Assembly: GCA_016840085.1 (NCBI GenBank)
Contig: JAEOTA010000086.1
Location: 96,001 to 160,000 of the forward strand
DNA length: 64,000 nucleotides
Source: Promethearchaeota archaeon
GTDB taxonomy: Archaea > Asgardarchaeota > Lokiarchaeia > Sigyniarchaeales > SOKP01
Reading direction: 5' to 3'
Shown: positions 50,348 through 60,695 of the stretch, piece by piece
How the letters are laid out: each line of letters begins with the position of its first letter
Numbering within the stretch: position 1 is the first letter of the stretch
Program-made: the position numbers and the translations under genes
The notes under the pieces: model-generated
The model's input: only the letters and a program-made list of their open reading frames with translations
Databases searched by the model: none
Told to the model about the DNA's origin: nothing

Positions 50348-51127
50348 TCATTTCTTTATAAACGGTTTTAGTTCTTTACCTTTTTTCCAATACCATTCAA
50401 ACAATTCCATAGACCATTTTATAAAAGTTTCAATGTTATCAAATAAACATTCACTATAGTCAATTTTTCCCTCTCTTCTTAAAAAAAGAATCGCTCCTTT
50501 ATCAGAAACTAAGAGAGAGAAATCAATTTGTGTCAAAACTCTAATATTCTCTGTTATATTTAACTTTTGGTAAAAAGCATGACGATCTTCTAATTTCTCA
50601 TAGCTTTTTGACTTTAAAACAGTTTCATCTACTAACGCTCGGATATCAAATGATATATTATTAATTTTTTTTTCTACTACAGGTAGAATTGAATCTTGAA
50701 ACTGATCTGAAATTGCTAAGATGTATTTTTCTGAATCTTTAATTAGATGCAACCATAATTCTATATTTTGCATTGTACCCTTGTTTATTCTGAGAGTTTT
50801 TAAATTTCCTAATTGCAAAATTAAATTCAATGGGAGATCATATATATTATGGTTATTAAAATAATTCTCATACTTTAATGATATTTTAAAAATATCTAAT
50901 GTTTGTAGGAAAAATCTACCTATATTTGTAATCTCATATTTATTATCTCTATCTTTTTTAACTAAATTTTTCGCGATAAGTCTCTTTAAATGACGGGAAA
51001 CTTCAGATCCTCGTATATCCAATTCTTTTTCTATTTGACTGTGTCGCTTACTTTCATTAAATAGACATTTAAATACCTTAAATCTCCCTTCATTTGAAAA
51101 TTCAAAAAACAATTCATTAATTCTCAA
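50348..51127 (-). CDS. Winged-helix transcriptional regulator with PLD-like C-terminal domain
   Basis: EVSRHLKRL HTH, YEITNIG, GKIDY...W..ELFEWYW pattern of archaeal DUF1724-type regulators. Confidence 0.8.
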   Translation of the reverse strand: MRINELFFEFSNEGRFKVFKCLFNESKRHSQIEKELDIRGSEVSRHLKRLIAKNLVKKDRDNKYEITNIGRFFLQTLDIFKISLKYENYFNNHNIYDLPLNLILQLGNLKTLRINKGTMQNIELWLHLIKDSEKYILAISDQFQDSILPVVEKKINNISFDIRALVDETVLKSKSYEKLEDRHAFYQKLNITENIRVLTQIDFSLLVSDKGAILFLRREGKIDYSECLFDNIETFIKWSMELFEWYWKKGKELKPFIKK

Positions 51128-51353
51128 AAGTATTCACTACGACAGTTTTTTTTGAAAATATAAGCTTAAAATCTTTAATATTATATTTGTTTAAATTAAT
51201 TAAAAATTATTTTCAATATTCAAAATATTTTTAGAACGAAAAAACAATTTTTAAAGTCATTAGAGGGTTTCTTTATTACATTTTATTCATTTATAATAAT
51301 TAACAAAATGAATTTAATATTGATTCATGAACAATTAAGAAAATGTGAAACTC

Positions 51354-51704
51354 ATGTCACAATTTGAAATAATAAATAATTGTTTAGAAGAAATCAAAAA
51401 TCGTTATAATAATAACGAAAAAATAAGAAAAAAATTAGCTAAGTATGAAGAACCTATTCAATTAACATTTCTAGATACCAATAGAAAAGTACTTATCCTA
51501 ATTAATAAAGATCAAGGGATTGAAATAAAAGATAACACCGGAGATGATACTGCAAATGTAAAAATTGAATTTGCAGGAGAACGAGTAATGATCAACTTAT
51601 TCAATAAGGAATTAGGAGCTGTTAAAGCATACTCTGATGGTAAAATTAAAGTTATTGAGGGTAATATACGAAGCTTAATAAAACTTCGAAGTTTAATATT
51701 CTAA
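51354..51704 (+). CDS. SCP2 sterol/lipid-binding domain protein
   Basis: C-terminal LGAVKAYSDGKIKV..G....LIKL SCP2 pattern. Confidence 0.7.
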   Translation: MSQFEIINNCLEEIKNRYNNNEKIRKKLAKYEEPIQLTFLDTNRKVLILINKDQGIEIKDNTGDDTANVKIEFAGERVMINLFNKELGAVKAYSDGKIKVIEGNIRSLIKLRSLIF

Positions 51705-51819
51705 CTAACTTCTTTAAAATAAGATTTTATGCAATTACATTTTTTAAATTTTAAATTACTACTACATTGGTGTAGTGTATAATAATAAAGATCTAATTAT
51801 TAAAAAAGGAATGGATGTA

Positions 51820-53502
51820 ATGAAAACTTTAATAACTGCAAAAATTACAGAAGAATGTTTGAAAGAGTTAAAGAAATTAATGGATATCACATATGAACCT
51901 TGGAGAGAAACGGGAGTTATATATTTTGATGTGAAAGAATTTGTAGAAAAATTAAAGGGTTATGATATTCTTATTACTGAAGTTGATGATATTAAAAAAT
52001 CAGAAATTTTTGGTCAAACAGAGCTAAAACTGATTGTATCCTGTAGAGGTGATCCATTTAATATTGATTTAACAACTGCAACTAAAAACAGAATACCAGT
52101 AATAAATACTCCATTAAGAAATGTTGATGCTGTTGCTGAAGCAACAATAGGTTTCATACTATCTTTAGCTAGAAAATTACATAAAGTTGATAGAGTACTG
52201 CATTCGGAAGATTTTGAAGTTTTTGATTTTGAAGATTGGGTGAAATACTTTAATCGATTTGAAGGTGTAGAATTAAAAGGAAAAACTATTGGAATAATAG
52301 GATTTGGACAAATTGGAAAAAGAGTTGCTGATAGATTAAAACCTTTTGGAGTCAATTTTCTTATATATGATCCTTATATTCCAGATGAAAACGCTGACGA
52401 TTACGGTAAGAAAGTAGATATTGATTTCCTAATGAGAGAATCTGATTTTATAACGATACATGCTGTAGCTACTGATGATAATGATAATCTTATTAATAAA
52501 GAACGTATTGATATGATGAAAAAAACTGCTTATATTATAAATACAGCTAAAGGAAGCCTAATTGATTATGATGCATTACATCAAGCTTTAGAAAAAAACA
52601 AAATTGCTGGAGCAGCACTTGATGTTTTCCCAATGGAACCTATTGATGAAGATAATATATTTTTAGAATTAGATAATGTTATTGTGTCTCCTCATATTGG
52701 AGGAAATACAATAGAAATCATAGAGCGCCAATCAAGGATGTTATTAGAAGATATAACATTATGGTTAAATGATAAGATACCAAAGCATATTTTAAATCCA
52801 GAAGTGTTCAAAGATAAAAAAAACTTAGATGTCATATCTAATGTGAGAATCAATAAGATGAGGGCTGAAATTGTTATGCTTTGTGAAAACCTACTAAAAG
52901 AAGGGCATGTAATCAGCTCAGCTGGAAATGTTAGCTTCAGAATGAAGAATAAGGAAAAAGAGATTGTATTAATCACTCCAAGCAATGTAAAATATGATGA
53001 AATGAGTTCTGATGATATCCTTATTATAGATATGGAAGGTAAAGTATTAGAGGGAAAAAGAAATCCTTCTGTAGAAAAAAAAATGCATTTAAGTATATAC
53101 AAAGAAAGGGAAGATGTAAATGCGATAATCCATGCTCATAGTATCTACTCAACTGTGCTAAGTGCTCTTAATCTCTCACTACCACCAATAATGGAAGAAT
53201 TAGTACCATATATAGGTGGAGAAGTTCTGTGTGCGGCATATGGAGAAGCGGGAACTGAAGAATTAGCAGAGGGTGTTATTGCGGCTTTGGAAGAGAGAAA
53301 TGCTGTTTTACTTGCTAACCATGGCAATCTGTGCTGTGGAAGCCACCTAGAAGGAGCATTCACTGTTTTACAATATCTTGAAAGAGGAGCAAAAACGTAT
53401 TATCTAGCCAAACTCATAAAAGATCCAAATCTATTACCCGAAGATACGATAGATTATGAAATGGAGATTTTTGACATATTCAAGGAATCTAAAAAGATTT
53501 AA
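51820..53502 (+). CDS. Fusion of D-2-hydroxyacid dehydrogenase and class II aldolase
   Basis: N-terminal part: GIIGFGQIG, INTAKG, LDVF..EP, SPHIGG. C-terminal part: GNVS, ITPS, PSVE..MH, HAH, NHG. ORF track starts at 51775. Confidence 0.88.
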   Translation: MKTLITAKITEECLKELKKLMDITYEPWRETGVIYFDVKEFVEKLKGYDILITEVDDIKKSEIFGQTELKLIVSCRGDPFNIDLTTATKNRIPVINTPLRNVDAVAEATIGFILSLARKLHKVDRVLHSEDFEVFDFEDWVKYFNRFEGVELKGKTIGIIGFGQIGKRVADRLKPFGVNFLIYDPYIPDENADDYGKKVDIDFLMRESDFITIHAVATDDNDNLINKERIDMMKKTAYIINTAKGSLIDYDALHQALEKNKIAGAALDVFPMEPIDEDNIFLELDNVIVSPHIGGNTIEIIERQSRMLLEDITLWLNDKIPKHILNPEVFKDKKNLDVISNVRINKMRAEIVMLCENLLKEGHVISSAGNVSFRMKNKEKEIVLITPSNVKYDEMSSDDILIIDMEGKVLEGKRNPSVEKKMHLSIYKEREDVNAIIHAHSIYSTVLSALNLSLPPIMEELVPYIGGEVLCAAYGEAGTEELAEGVIAALEERNAVLLANHGNLCCGSHLEGAFTVLQYLERGAKTYYLAKLIKDPNLLPEDTIDYEMEIFDIFKESKKI

Positions 53503-54254
53503 TCATACATTTCAAGACTTTTATTTTTTGAAGCAAAAGCGTTTAATGCGACTTTTGTAGAAATTTTAGCCTCCTCCTTAGTAACCATCCCTATTGTTAC
53601 AGCACTTATATTATGTTTTGAAATATATTCAAAAGCTTCTACTGGATCAAGATTTCCAGCTGCCAAAGTTTTCATGCCTATAAAATAATAACTACTTGGT
53701 TTATCAACTATATGTTCTAAACTCTTAACATTGCCCATGAATACACCAACTGCGTTAAAGGGAATTAGAAATGCTTTAACATTTAATGATTTATCAATAG
53801 TATATTTAATTGTAGGAATAGGTTCATGAGTTGCAATACCAGGAATTATTCCGTGAGAAACAATATCATCAAGAAGTCTTGACAATTCCTTTCCCTTATT
53901 GTCAGCTATCATCCCGTGCACAAATATTATTTTTGCTTCTGCTTTTATTAATAAGTCTATACTTGAATCCTTTCCAGGATAAGTTGATCCAGTTACAATA
54001 TAATCACTATGAATTTCACTCATTATACGAGAAGCATCCATAATTTTTCCTATTGGAATTGCTTCTATACCTCTTGCTCCGTATTGGTAACTAGTTTCTA
54101 AAATCTCAACCATTTTATCTGGATTATTTAAAAACTTTCTTCGCCATTCAAATGCTTTGAATCCAAATTGACCAGCGCCTATAAAAGGCGATGTACCGTT
54201 AGAAACTAATGGTAATTTCACATTTTCAATATAAAAAAATTTTTTAACCACCAT
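53499..54254 (-). CDS. Aldo/keto-reductase-like TIM barrel protein
   Basis: GTSPFIG, PGIATH, PFN..G, GMKTLAAG. Confidence 0.65.
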   Translation of the reverse strand: MVVKKFFYIENVKLPLVSNGTSPFIGAGQFGFKAFEWRRKFLNNPDKMVEILETSYQYGARGIEAIPIGKIMDASRIMSEIHSDYIVTGSTYPGKDSSIDLLIKAEAKIIFVHGMIADNKGKELSRLLDDIVSHGIIPGIATHEPIPTIKYTIDKSLNVKAFLIPFNAVGVFMGNVKSLEHIVDKPSSYYFIGMKTLAAGNLDPVEAFEYISKHNISAVTIGMVTKEEAKISTKVALNAFASKNKSLEMYD

Positions 54255-54426
54255 TATACCAATCTATCGAATTAATTTAAATTCCATAAGTGATTATTTA
54301 ATAAGAAAATTATAAAATTTTAAGTCTATTAAAATAATATTGTTCTATAAGAATATCCGAAATCGTAATAATTAGTATATCGCAGAAATTGGAGTTACCC
54401 CTTTTTTATTTAAAGAGGAAATAAAG

Positions 54427-56508
54427 ATGACACATGTTAACGGAGTTATTTGCAACACACTAACATTCTATAATAAGAACTATGAAATTGATAAAGAACT
54501 AAATTCATTATTAATCCGTCACATCCTTACGAATGATATTAATTCACTTCTTCTTTTTGGAAACACAGGGGAAGGCCAGATTTTTTCTGATAAAATTGAA
54601 GAAAAAATAAAACTCATTGATTTATCGTTTGAAATTACAAAACAAAAAACTCCTATTATTATTGGAATATATGGTGATGATGCAGATGATATTTTAAATC
54701 AGATAGAGACATTGGCGAAAAAATTTACTGCTCTTAATTTTATGATTACACCCCCAATTACTAAAAAACTGTCTAGCCAAGATATTAAATCCTATTTTGA
54801 AAATATTTTAAGTTCTATAGATCCTAAAAATCAGATTTATCTACATAATAACCCCGGACTGTTCGCTGGAAATGAAATTACACCAAATTTAATAGAAGAA
54901 TTATTAGAATTTTCCAATCTAAAAGGATTGAACGATTCTTTTTATAATATAAAGAATTGCAAATCTTTTATCCAATTATTAAACAAAAATTTCTCAGTTT
55001 GTTGTGGAATGGAGGAAAATTCTCAAGTATTTTTCCAATTAGTCCCAATAGAACAAAGAAAATATAGCGGAATTGTATCTAGCATAAGTAATTTAGTGAA
55101 TATGTTTTCTAAATTATTTCGATACGCATTAGAGGATAATATTTTAGAACTTCTTCAACTACAAGAGCAAATTAATGATATTAGAAATAAAATTTATTTT
55201 AAGCAAAATGAAAACTGTGAAAGTTTAAGTCTGAAATATGCATTTTTATATCTCTACAAAGACCTAATATCGAATTCTATAGAACATATTAATTTTATTA
55301 CTACAAAAGCACAAGACGATTTTGATTCTATAGTTAAAGAAAGAATTGAAGCTACTATGAATTATCTGGTTAACCAAAAACATATATACCACTTATATTC
55401 ATTAGGTAAAAAAGATATTTATCAATTCCATGATATTATTAAAACCTTTTCTAATATTGATATTTTAGTCAAACAAGGAAAGGTAAAAAAAATAAAGGGA
55501 CCTTATAAAGCTGATATAAATACACTTTATAAGGTAATTTTTGAAAATAGCAAATTAGTTTTCAGATTTCGAACAAGTGTATTTCTTCAATTAGAAAATA
55601 TAATCAATGAGAAACTTTTATTTCCATTTTTAGATAAGACTCTAAATCCTGAAGAGCTTGATTTAAGAAAGAAAGTAAAGCAAATCATCAATTCAAAAAC
55701 AGGTTCTTACATATTCAAGAAAGAAAACCCTTCAATTATTCCAGTAAGAAACTTAATTTATTATGATGAGACTAAAGAAATAATCCCTTATATATTCTCA
55801 GTACAAGAATATATTAGAGGAAAACCTTTATTTCAATTAATAAATCAGTATATTAATGAAGGTAAAAACTTAAATACCAGTAAATTTCTAAATTTATTTG
55901 AAAATTTAGGAGAACATTTAGGACATTTACATAGTATAAAATTTGACTCTTTTTATAGAAAAATTAGAGACATTGGGGGGAATAAAAAAATATCTCCTTC
56001 TGCATTTTTTACTAATGAATTAGAAAATAAGATACAAGAAGCAAAAAAAAATGGAGTGGATTTTGGAAATCAAATAAGGGCTTACTTCAACAATAATAAG
56101 ACATTAATTGAAGATGACAAAGAATATGTTTTAATACATAATGATTTTCAAAGTCAAAATATTATAGTTAAAGAAGAACTAGGCACCATTCAAATTAATG
56201 GATTTGTAGGCTTTGATAAATGGTGTGTTGGACACAGAGCTCAAGATTTTGTTAAAATGGATTATTGGATTTTAAAACCTCTGAATATTTCCTCATTTTA
56301 TGATGCTTTTTATAAGGCTTATTCAAAATATCATAAAGTTAATAATGATTTTAGAAAAAAAATTGAATTATATAAATTGTTATGGCTTTTAAATGAATAT
56401 AATTTTGAATCAGATTTAATAAGAAAGTCTAAGCAAATACCTATTATAAATACTGTTCCATCTTCATTGGAAAATTATTTATTTGAAATAAAAGCCATAA
56501 TTAGGTAA
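54427..56508 (+). CDS. Fusion of a DHDPS/NAL-family barrel and an APH/choline-kinase-like domain
   Basis: N-terminal GNTGEG, PP, HNNP, GLNDS; C-terminal QEYIRGK, LGHLH, LIHNDFQSQNIIV. Confidence 0.75.
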   Translation: MTHVNGVICNTLTFYNKNYEIDKELNSLLIRHILTNDINSLLLFGNTGEGQIFSDKIEEKIKLIDLSFEITKQKTPIIIGIYGDDADDILNQIETLAKKFTALNFMITPPITKKLSSQDIKSYFENILSSIDPKNQIYLHNNPGLFAGNEITPNLIEELLEFSNLKGLNDSFYNIKNCKSFIQLLNKNFSVCCGMEENSQVFFQLVPIEQRKYSGIVSSISNLVNMFSKLFRYALEDNILELLQLQEQINDIRNKIYFKQNENCESLSLKYAFLYLYKDLISNSIEHINFITTKAQDDFDSIVKERIEATMNYLVNQKHIYHLYSLGKKDIYQFHDIIKTFSNIDILVKQGKVKKIKGPYKADINTLYKVIFENSKLVFRFRTSVFLQLENIINEKLLFPFLDKTLNPEELDLRKKVKQIINSKTGSYIFKKENPSIIPVRNLIYYDETKEIIPYIFSVQEYIRGKPLFQLINQYINEGKNLNTSKFLNLFENLGEHLGHLHSIKFDSFYRKIRDIGGNKKISPSAFFTNELENKIQEAKKNGVDFGNQIRAYFNNNKTLIEDDKEYVLIHNDFQSQNIIVKEELGTIQINGFVGFDKWCVGHRAQDFVKMDYWILKPLNISSFYDAFYKAYSKYHKVNNDFRKKIELYKLLWLLNEYNFESDLIRKSKQIPIINTVPSSLENYLFEIKAIIR

Positions 56509-57598
56509 GAGAGACAGAAGCATAACTTAAAAGATTTGTTTGACGAGATTTAATATTTAATTCCAGGTTTGACAATTTAATCCCAACAAGTCTTATCTTT
56601 TTATTTATATCTGAGAATTCCCCATATAACTTTAAAATTTCATCCATTACAATATTTTTGTCCTGAATATGATATAAAAGCGTTATTGAGCGATTATATG
56701 TTAGATAACCTTCGAATCTTATTTTCAACGTTATAGTTTTGTAAGTTATATTCTTTTTTGTAACCGATTTATGTATTTTATTATTTATATCTTCCAGTTT
56801 TGATAATACCTCTTGAAAATCATCTGTATCCGCAAAGAATGTTCTTTCTGCACTAATGGATTTCCTCCCTTCATGAAATTCCTTTACTTTCCTATTATCA
56901 AGACCATTCACAACTTTCCAAATCCATTCTCCATTCTTACCAAATAAATTTATAAAATTAAATAAGGGTATTTTTAAAATGTCCCCTATCTTTTTAATGC
57001 CCTTTTTATTTAGATATGTTTTAGATTTTTTACCAATACCGGGGATTTTTGTAATATCTAAATCTTTCAGTTTTTCTTTAAAATTATTTGGTGTAAAAAC
57101 TGTTATTCCGTTTGGTTTATTAAAATCAGAAGCAATTTTGGCTAAAGATTTTGTTGGAGCACACCCAATTGAAATTGTTACCCCTAAGTTTTTATATATA
57201 TTATCTTGAATAATTTCTGCAATTTCTTTAACCGCTTCAAAATCTGAGCAAATTTCTGTAAGATCCAAATATGCCTCATCGGTTCCTGCTTGTTGGAAAT
57301 TATCCGAATATTTTTTTAGAATTTGCATAACCTGTTTAGACACTTTTCTATATTTTTCACCAGTTGGTCTTAAGTAAATCCCATGAGGGCATCTCTGGTA
57401 AGCTTGAGAGATGGGCATTCCCGAACAAAGACCAAATTCTCTTGCTTCATATGAACAAGTTGACACAACACCTCGACCCTTACCTTTTTTTGGGTCAGCA
57501 CCAATAATAACAGGCTTTCCTCTATATTGGGGATTATCTCTTATTTCAACTGCTGCATAAAAACAATCCAAATCACAGTGTATTATCAATCTTGTCAT
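56501..57598 (-). CDS. dinB: Y-family DNA polymerase IV
   Basis: HCDLDCFYAAVE, SYEAREFG, DEAYLD, KIASDFNKPNG, PGIG. Confidence 0.95.
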   Translation of the reverse strand: MTRLIIHCDLDCFYAAVEIRDNPQYRGKPVIIGADPKKGKGRGVVSTCSYEAREFGLCSGMPISQAYQRCPHGIYLRPTGEKYRKVSKQVMQILKKYSDNFQQAGTDEAYLDLTEICSDFEAVKEIAEIIQDNIYKNLGVTISIGCAPTKSLAKIASDFNKPNGITVFTPNNFKEKLKDLDITKIPGIGKKSKTYLNKKGIKKIGDILKIPLFNFINLFGKNGEWIWKVVNGLDNRKVKEFHEGRKSISAERTFFADTDDFQEVLSKLEDINNKIHKSVTKKNITYKTITLKIRFEGYLTYNRSITLLYHIQDKNIVMDEILKLYGEFSDINKKIRLVGIKLSNLELNIKSRQTNLLSYASVSLT

Positions 57599-57770
57599 TA
57601 TTGAGATTTATTTTTACTAAAGAGGGGTATAATATGTGGTACTTATGATATTTTTTATCTTAATTTAAAAAATGGGACTAATTAAAATTTTTAATAAATC
57701 TTGAATTGATAGTTCTTTTCTTATAAAAATTACATACTATATTTTTAATATACTCTTAATTATTTATACT

Positions 57771-58454
57771 ATGTCAATGAATAAAGAAGAACAACTTCGA
57801 TTAGAAGTAGTTAAAGCAGCAAAAGCTATTTTTGCAAAAGGATTAGTAGAAGCTGGAGAGGGTAATGTTAGTATAAGAAATGGTAAAAAAGAGGAACTTT
57901 TCATCACTCCTTCATTCAACCAATATACTACTTTAAAGAAAGACGAAATTGTCCATATGAATTTTGATGGTACTTCTTTAAGTAGTGGAAAATTGCCTTC
58001 GACAGAAGTAAAAATGCATATTGCTATTTACCAATCAAGACCAAAGGTACAAGCAGTAATTCATACTCATTCAATATATGCAACATTACTCTCAGTTGTC
58101 CAAAAAAATATTCCAATATTAATGGAAGAAATGTACATTTTCATAGGAGGTTCTATTGATGTATCTAGATTTGGAAAGGCTCACACAGAAGAAATAGGCA
58201 ATGTGGCTCTTAATGCATTAGGAATTAAAAATGCAGCTTTATTAGAAAATCATGGTGTTATTGTGTGTGGGAAATCCATAGATCATGCAGTAAAATTTGC
58301 AGAATTAGTGGAAAAATTAGCAAAAATTTATTGGGGAGCTTTACAGATAGGAGAACCAAAAGTTATTTCAGAAGAACATCTTGATAGATTTAAAAAACTC
58401 CATGAAAGCTTATTTGCTAATTATCCTCGAAGTATGCGAAAGAAAAAATTGTAA
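57771..58454 (+). CDS. Class II aldolase/adducin family protein (FucA-like)
   Basis: GNVS, PSTE..MH, HTH, NHG. Confidence 0.9.
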   Translation: MSMNKEEQLRLEVVKAAKAIFAKGLVEAGEGNVSIRNGKKEELFITPSFNQYTTLKKDEIVHMNFDGTSLSSGKLPSTEVKMHIAIYQSRPKVQAVIHTHSIYATLLSVVQKNIPILMEEMYIFIGGSIDVSRFGKAHTEEIGNVALNALGIKNAALLENHGVIVCGKSIDHAVKFAELVEKLAKIYWGALQIGEPKVISEEHLDRFKKLHESLFANYPRSMRKKKL

Positions 58455-58472
58455 TATAATAGTACATTTTAA

Positions 58473-59318
58473 GTGAAAAAAATGGAGATAGGTATAAGTT
58501 CTCTTGGACATCTTATAGATCTTGGGATTTCAGGTAATTTCAAAAGCTTAGACGACTTATTAATCAAAGCTACAAATAATTGTCTCAATTTTGCAGAAAA
58601 AAATGATATTAATGTCGTTGAGATAGTAATAGATCCTCCAACGATATTAAAAAGTGATAATTGGCAGCAATTCATTGATTTAATAAGGTCTTATTCAATT
58701 AAAATACAAATTCATGGTCCTTTTATTAATGTTAGTTTATGTTCTAACAATAAACTTATTTCAGAAGCGTCAATTAAATCTTATATTGAAGCAGCTAAAA
58801 TATCTAGAGAATTAGGGGCTAAAATTTTAACAATTCATCCAGGAGTTGGAGATTTTCTAATTAAATCTTTAAGAGAATTTAATAAAATCAATTTAATTGA
58901 TGCGCTTAATAAATTATTAGATTTTACTAACACTTTGGAAATAGCTCTTTGCATTGAGAATATGCCAAGTAAGACATATATGCTTTTAGATGAAAATGAA
59001 ATAGAAAGTTTATTTAATAGAATAAATCGCTCGGAATTATTCCTTACTTATGATACTAGTCACTTTTATACAACAGATGGAGATGTTACACTATTATGGG
59101 AAAAAATGTATAAAAAAATAAGAAACATTCATATAGTAGATAATTTTAGTAAAGAAACCGATACACACCCCCCTTTAGGAACCGGAAAAATAGGTTTCAA
59201 TGAAATCTTTAGTTTAATAGACCAATACAGCTATAATGGTGCATTGATCATTGAATTATCATCATCTAAACATTTAATTCAAAGTATTGATTTTGTCAAA
59301 AATTTTATTTGTAAATAA
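58473..59318 (+). CDS. Sugar phosphate isomerase/epimerase (xylose-isomerase-like TIM barrel)
   Basis: HGPF, IHPG, IENMP, DTSH, HIVD, H.PLGTG.I, IIE. Confidence 0.85.
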   Translation: MKKMEIGISSLGHLIDLGISGNFKSLDDLLIKATNNCLNFAEKNDINVVEIVIDPPTILKSDNWQQFIDLIRSYSIKIQIHGPFINVSLCSNNKLISEASIKSYIEAAKISRELGAKILTIHPGVGDFLIKSLREFNKINLIDALNKLLDFTNTLEIALCIENMPSKTYMLLDENEIESLFNRINRSELFLTYDTSHFYTTDGDVTLLWEKMYKKIRNIHIVDNFSKETDTHPPLGTGKIGFNEIFSLIDQYSYNGALIIELSSSKHLIQSIDFVKNFICK

Positions 59319-59388
59319 AAATAAAAAGCATTATTAAAATTAGTTTGAAAATAAATATTTAATTTAAAAAGCCAATTCAGAAGTTATT

Positions 59389-59781
59389 ATGCCAATAATA
59401 TCATTACAATTAACTGACGATCTACTAGAACGATTTGAAAAAGTTCGAAATTTAAGTGGGTTTACCTCTAAAAGTGAAGCTTTAAGAGATTCAATTGTAA
59501 GTTTTATTGAAAAACATGAGAAATTTGAAAAATTAGAAGGATATAAAATAATGACTATTAGTCTAGTCTATCCTTTTAAAGATATAATAATAGACCAGAT
59601 CTCTGATTTATATTCACAATTTCACCATATTATTAAAACAATTACGGATTGGCGGATTGCAGAAAAAAAAATAGAAATAATTCTTTTAGTCGGTGAAATT
59701 GAGGTTATAAAAGACCTTTATAAAAAATTAGCTAAGATTAAAGATATAATATGCTCAATTCGAGAAATTATAATTGACTAA
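59389..59781 (+). CDS. NikR-like RHH + ACT regulator
   Basis: IISLQL...GFTSKSEALRDSI RHH followed by an ACT-like domain. Confidence 0.75.
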   Translation: MPIISLQLTDDLLERFEKVRNLSGFTSKSEALRDSIVSFIEKHEKFEKLEGYKIMTISLVYPFKDIIIDQISDLYSQFHHIIKTITDWRIAEKKIEIILLVGEIEVIKDLYKKLAKIKDIICSIREIIID

Positions 59782-59788
59782 ACCATTT

Positions 59789-60640
59789 TTAATCAAATCT
59801 AAGTGAAAAATCCATAAATTCAGTAGGTCGTTGGGTTAATAATCCTAAACTTATAATATCTGGTTCTGCAATCAAAAAGTCAATTATGTTATCTTCAGAT
59901 ATACCTCCAGATATCTCAATAATTACTTGATCTCTCAAACTATTTTTTTTTAATAAATTAATGGCATCCTCAACCTTATCAGGACTAAAATTATCTAACA
60001 TGATAATATCTGCTCCATTCTTTGCAGCAATCAACACGTCGCTGACTTTTTCTACTTCAATTTCAATTTTTTTTGTAAAGCTCGCTTTTTTATTTATATT
60101 TTTTAAAAGTAATTCTACATCTCCATCATAATATTTCAAATGAGTGTCTTTCAAGAGAATCTCATCAAGTGAATATCGATGTGTGTCAGCTCCACCTAGT
60201 TCTACTGCTTTTTTTTCGAATATTCTGATACCTGGTGTTGTTTTACGAGTACAAGCGATCTTTACATTTTTTCCTGAATTTTTTATTATTTTTACGAATC
60301 TTTTAGTTGTTGAAGTTATATTACTCATATGTGTTATTAGATTCAGCCCTACCCTTTCTCCAAGTAAAATATCTCTTGCATTCCCTTTTAATTCTGCTAT
60401 AATATCTCCTTCTTTTACTTCTTCTCCATCTCTTTTTATAAAATTAGTTGAAACACCTAATATATCGAATAGAATTTTCAACTCTTCAAGTCCAGAAATG
60501 TATCCATTACTTTTCGTAGAAATCCTAGCTGATACTTTAGTATTTTGAGGTATACATACAGAACTAACATCAGCAAAACTACAATCTTCTTCTAAAAACT
60601 CACGTAATTTCTTCTCAATAATAATTTTATTATAACTCAT
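59789..60640 (-). CDS. nadC: Quinolinate phosphoribosyltransferase
   Basis: ER..LN, TRKTTPG, HR, LKDTH, EIEV, IMLDNF, SGGI. Confidence 0.94.
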   Translation of the reverse strand: MSYNKIIIEKKLREFLEEDCSFADVSSVCIPQNTKVSARISTKSNGYISGLEELKILFDILGVSTNFIKRDGEEVKEGDIIAELKGNARDILLGERVGLNLITHMSNITSTTKRFVKIIKNSGKNVKIACTRKTTPGIRIFEKKAVELGGADTHRYSLDEILLKDTHLKYYDGDVELLLKNINKKASFTKKIEIEVEKVSDVLIAAKNGADIIMLDNFSPDKVEDAINLLKKNSLRDQVIIEISGGISEDNIIDFLIAEPDIISLGLLTQRPTEFMDFSLRFD

Positions 60641-60695
60641 TATTTGCACAAATGTCTATAGTATAATTATTATAGGTTAAATATTAAATAAAATT

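Noticed and set aside
915-60548. Short antisense or overlapping ORFs in the track (e.g. 915-1154, 2445-2711, 6790-7173, 24171-24578, 45275-45733, 52692-53102, 60144-60548)
   Set aside because: They are shadows of well-supported genes on the opposite strand or another frame and carry no recognisable motifs.
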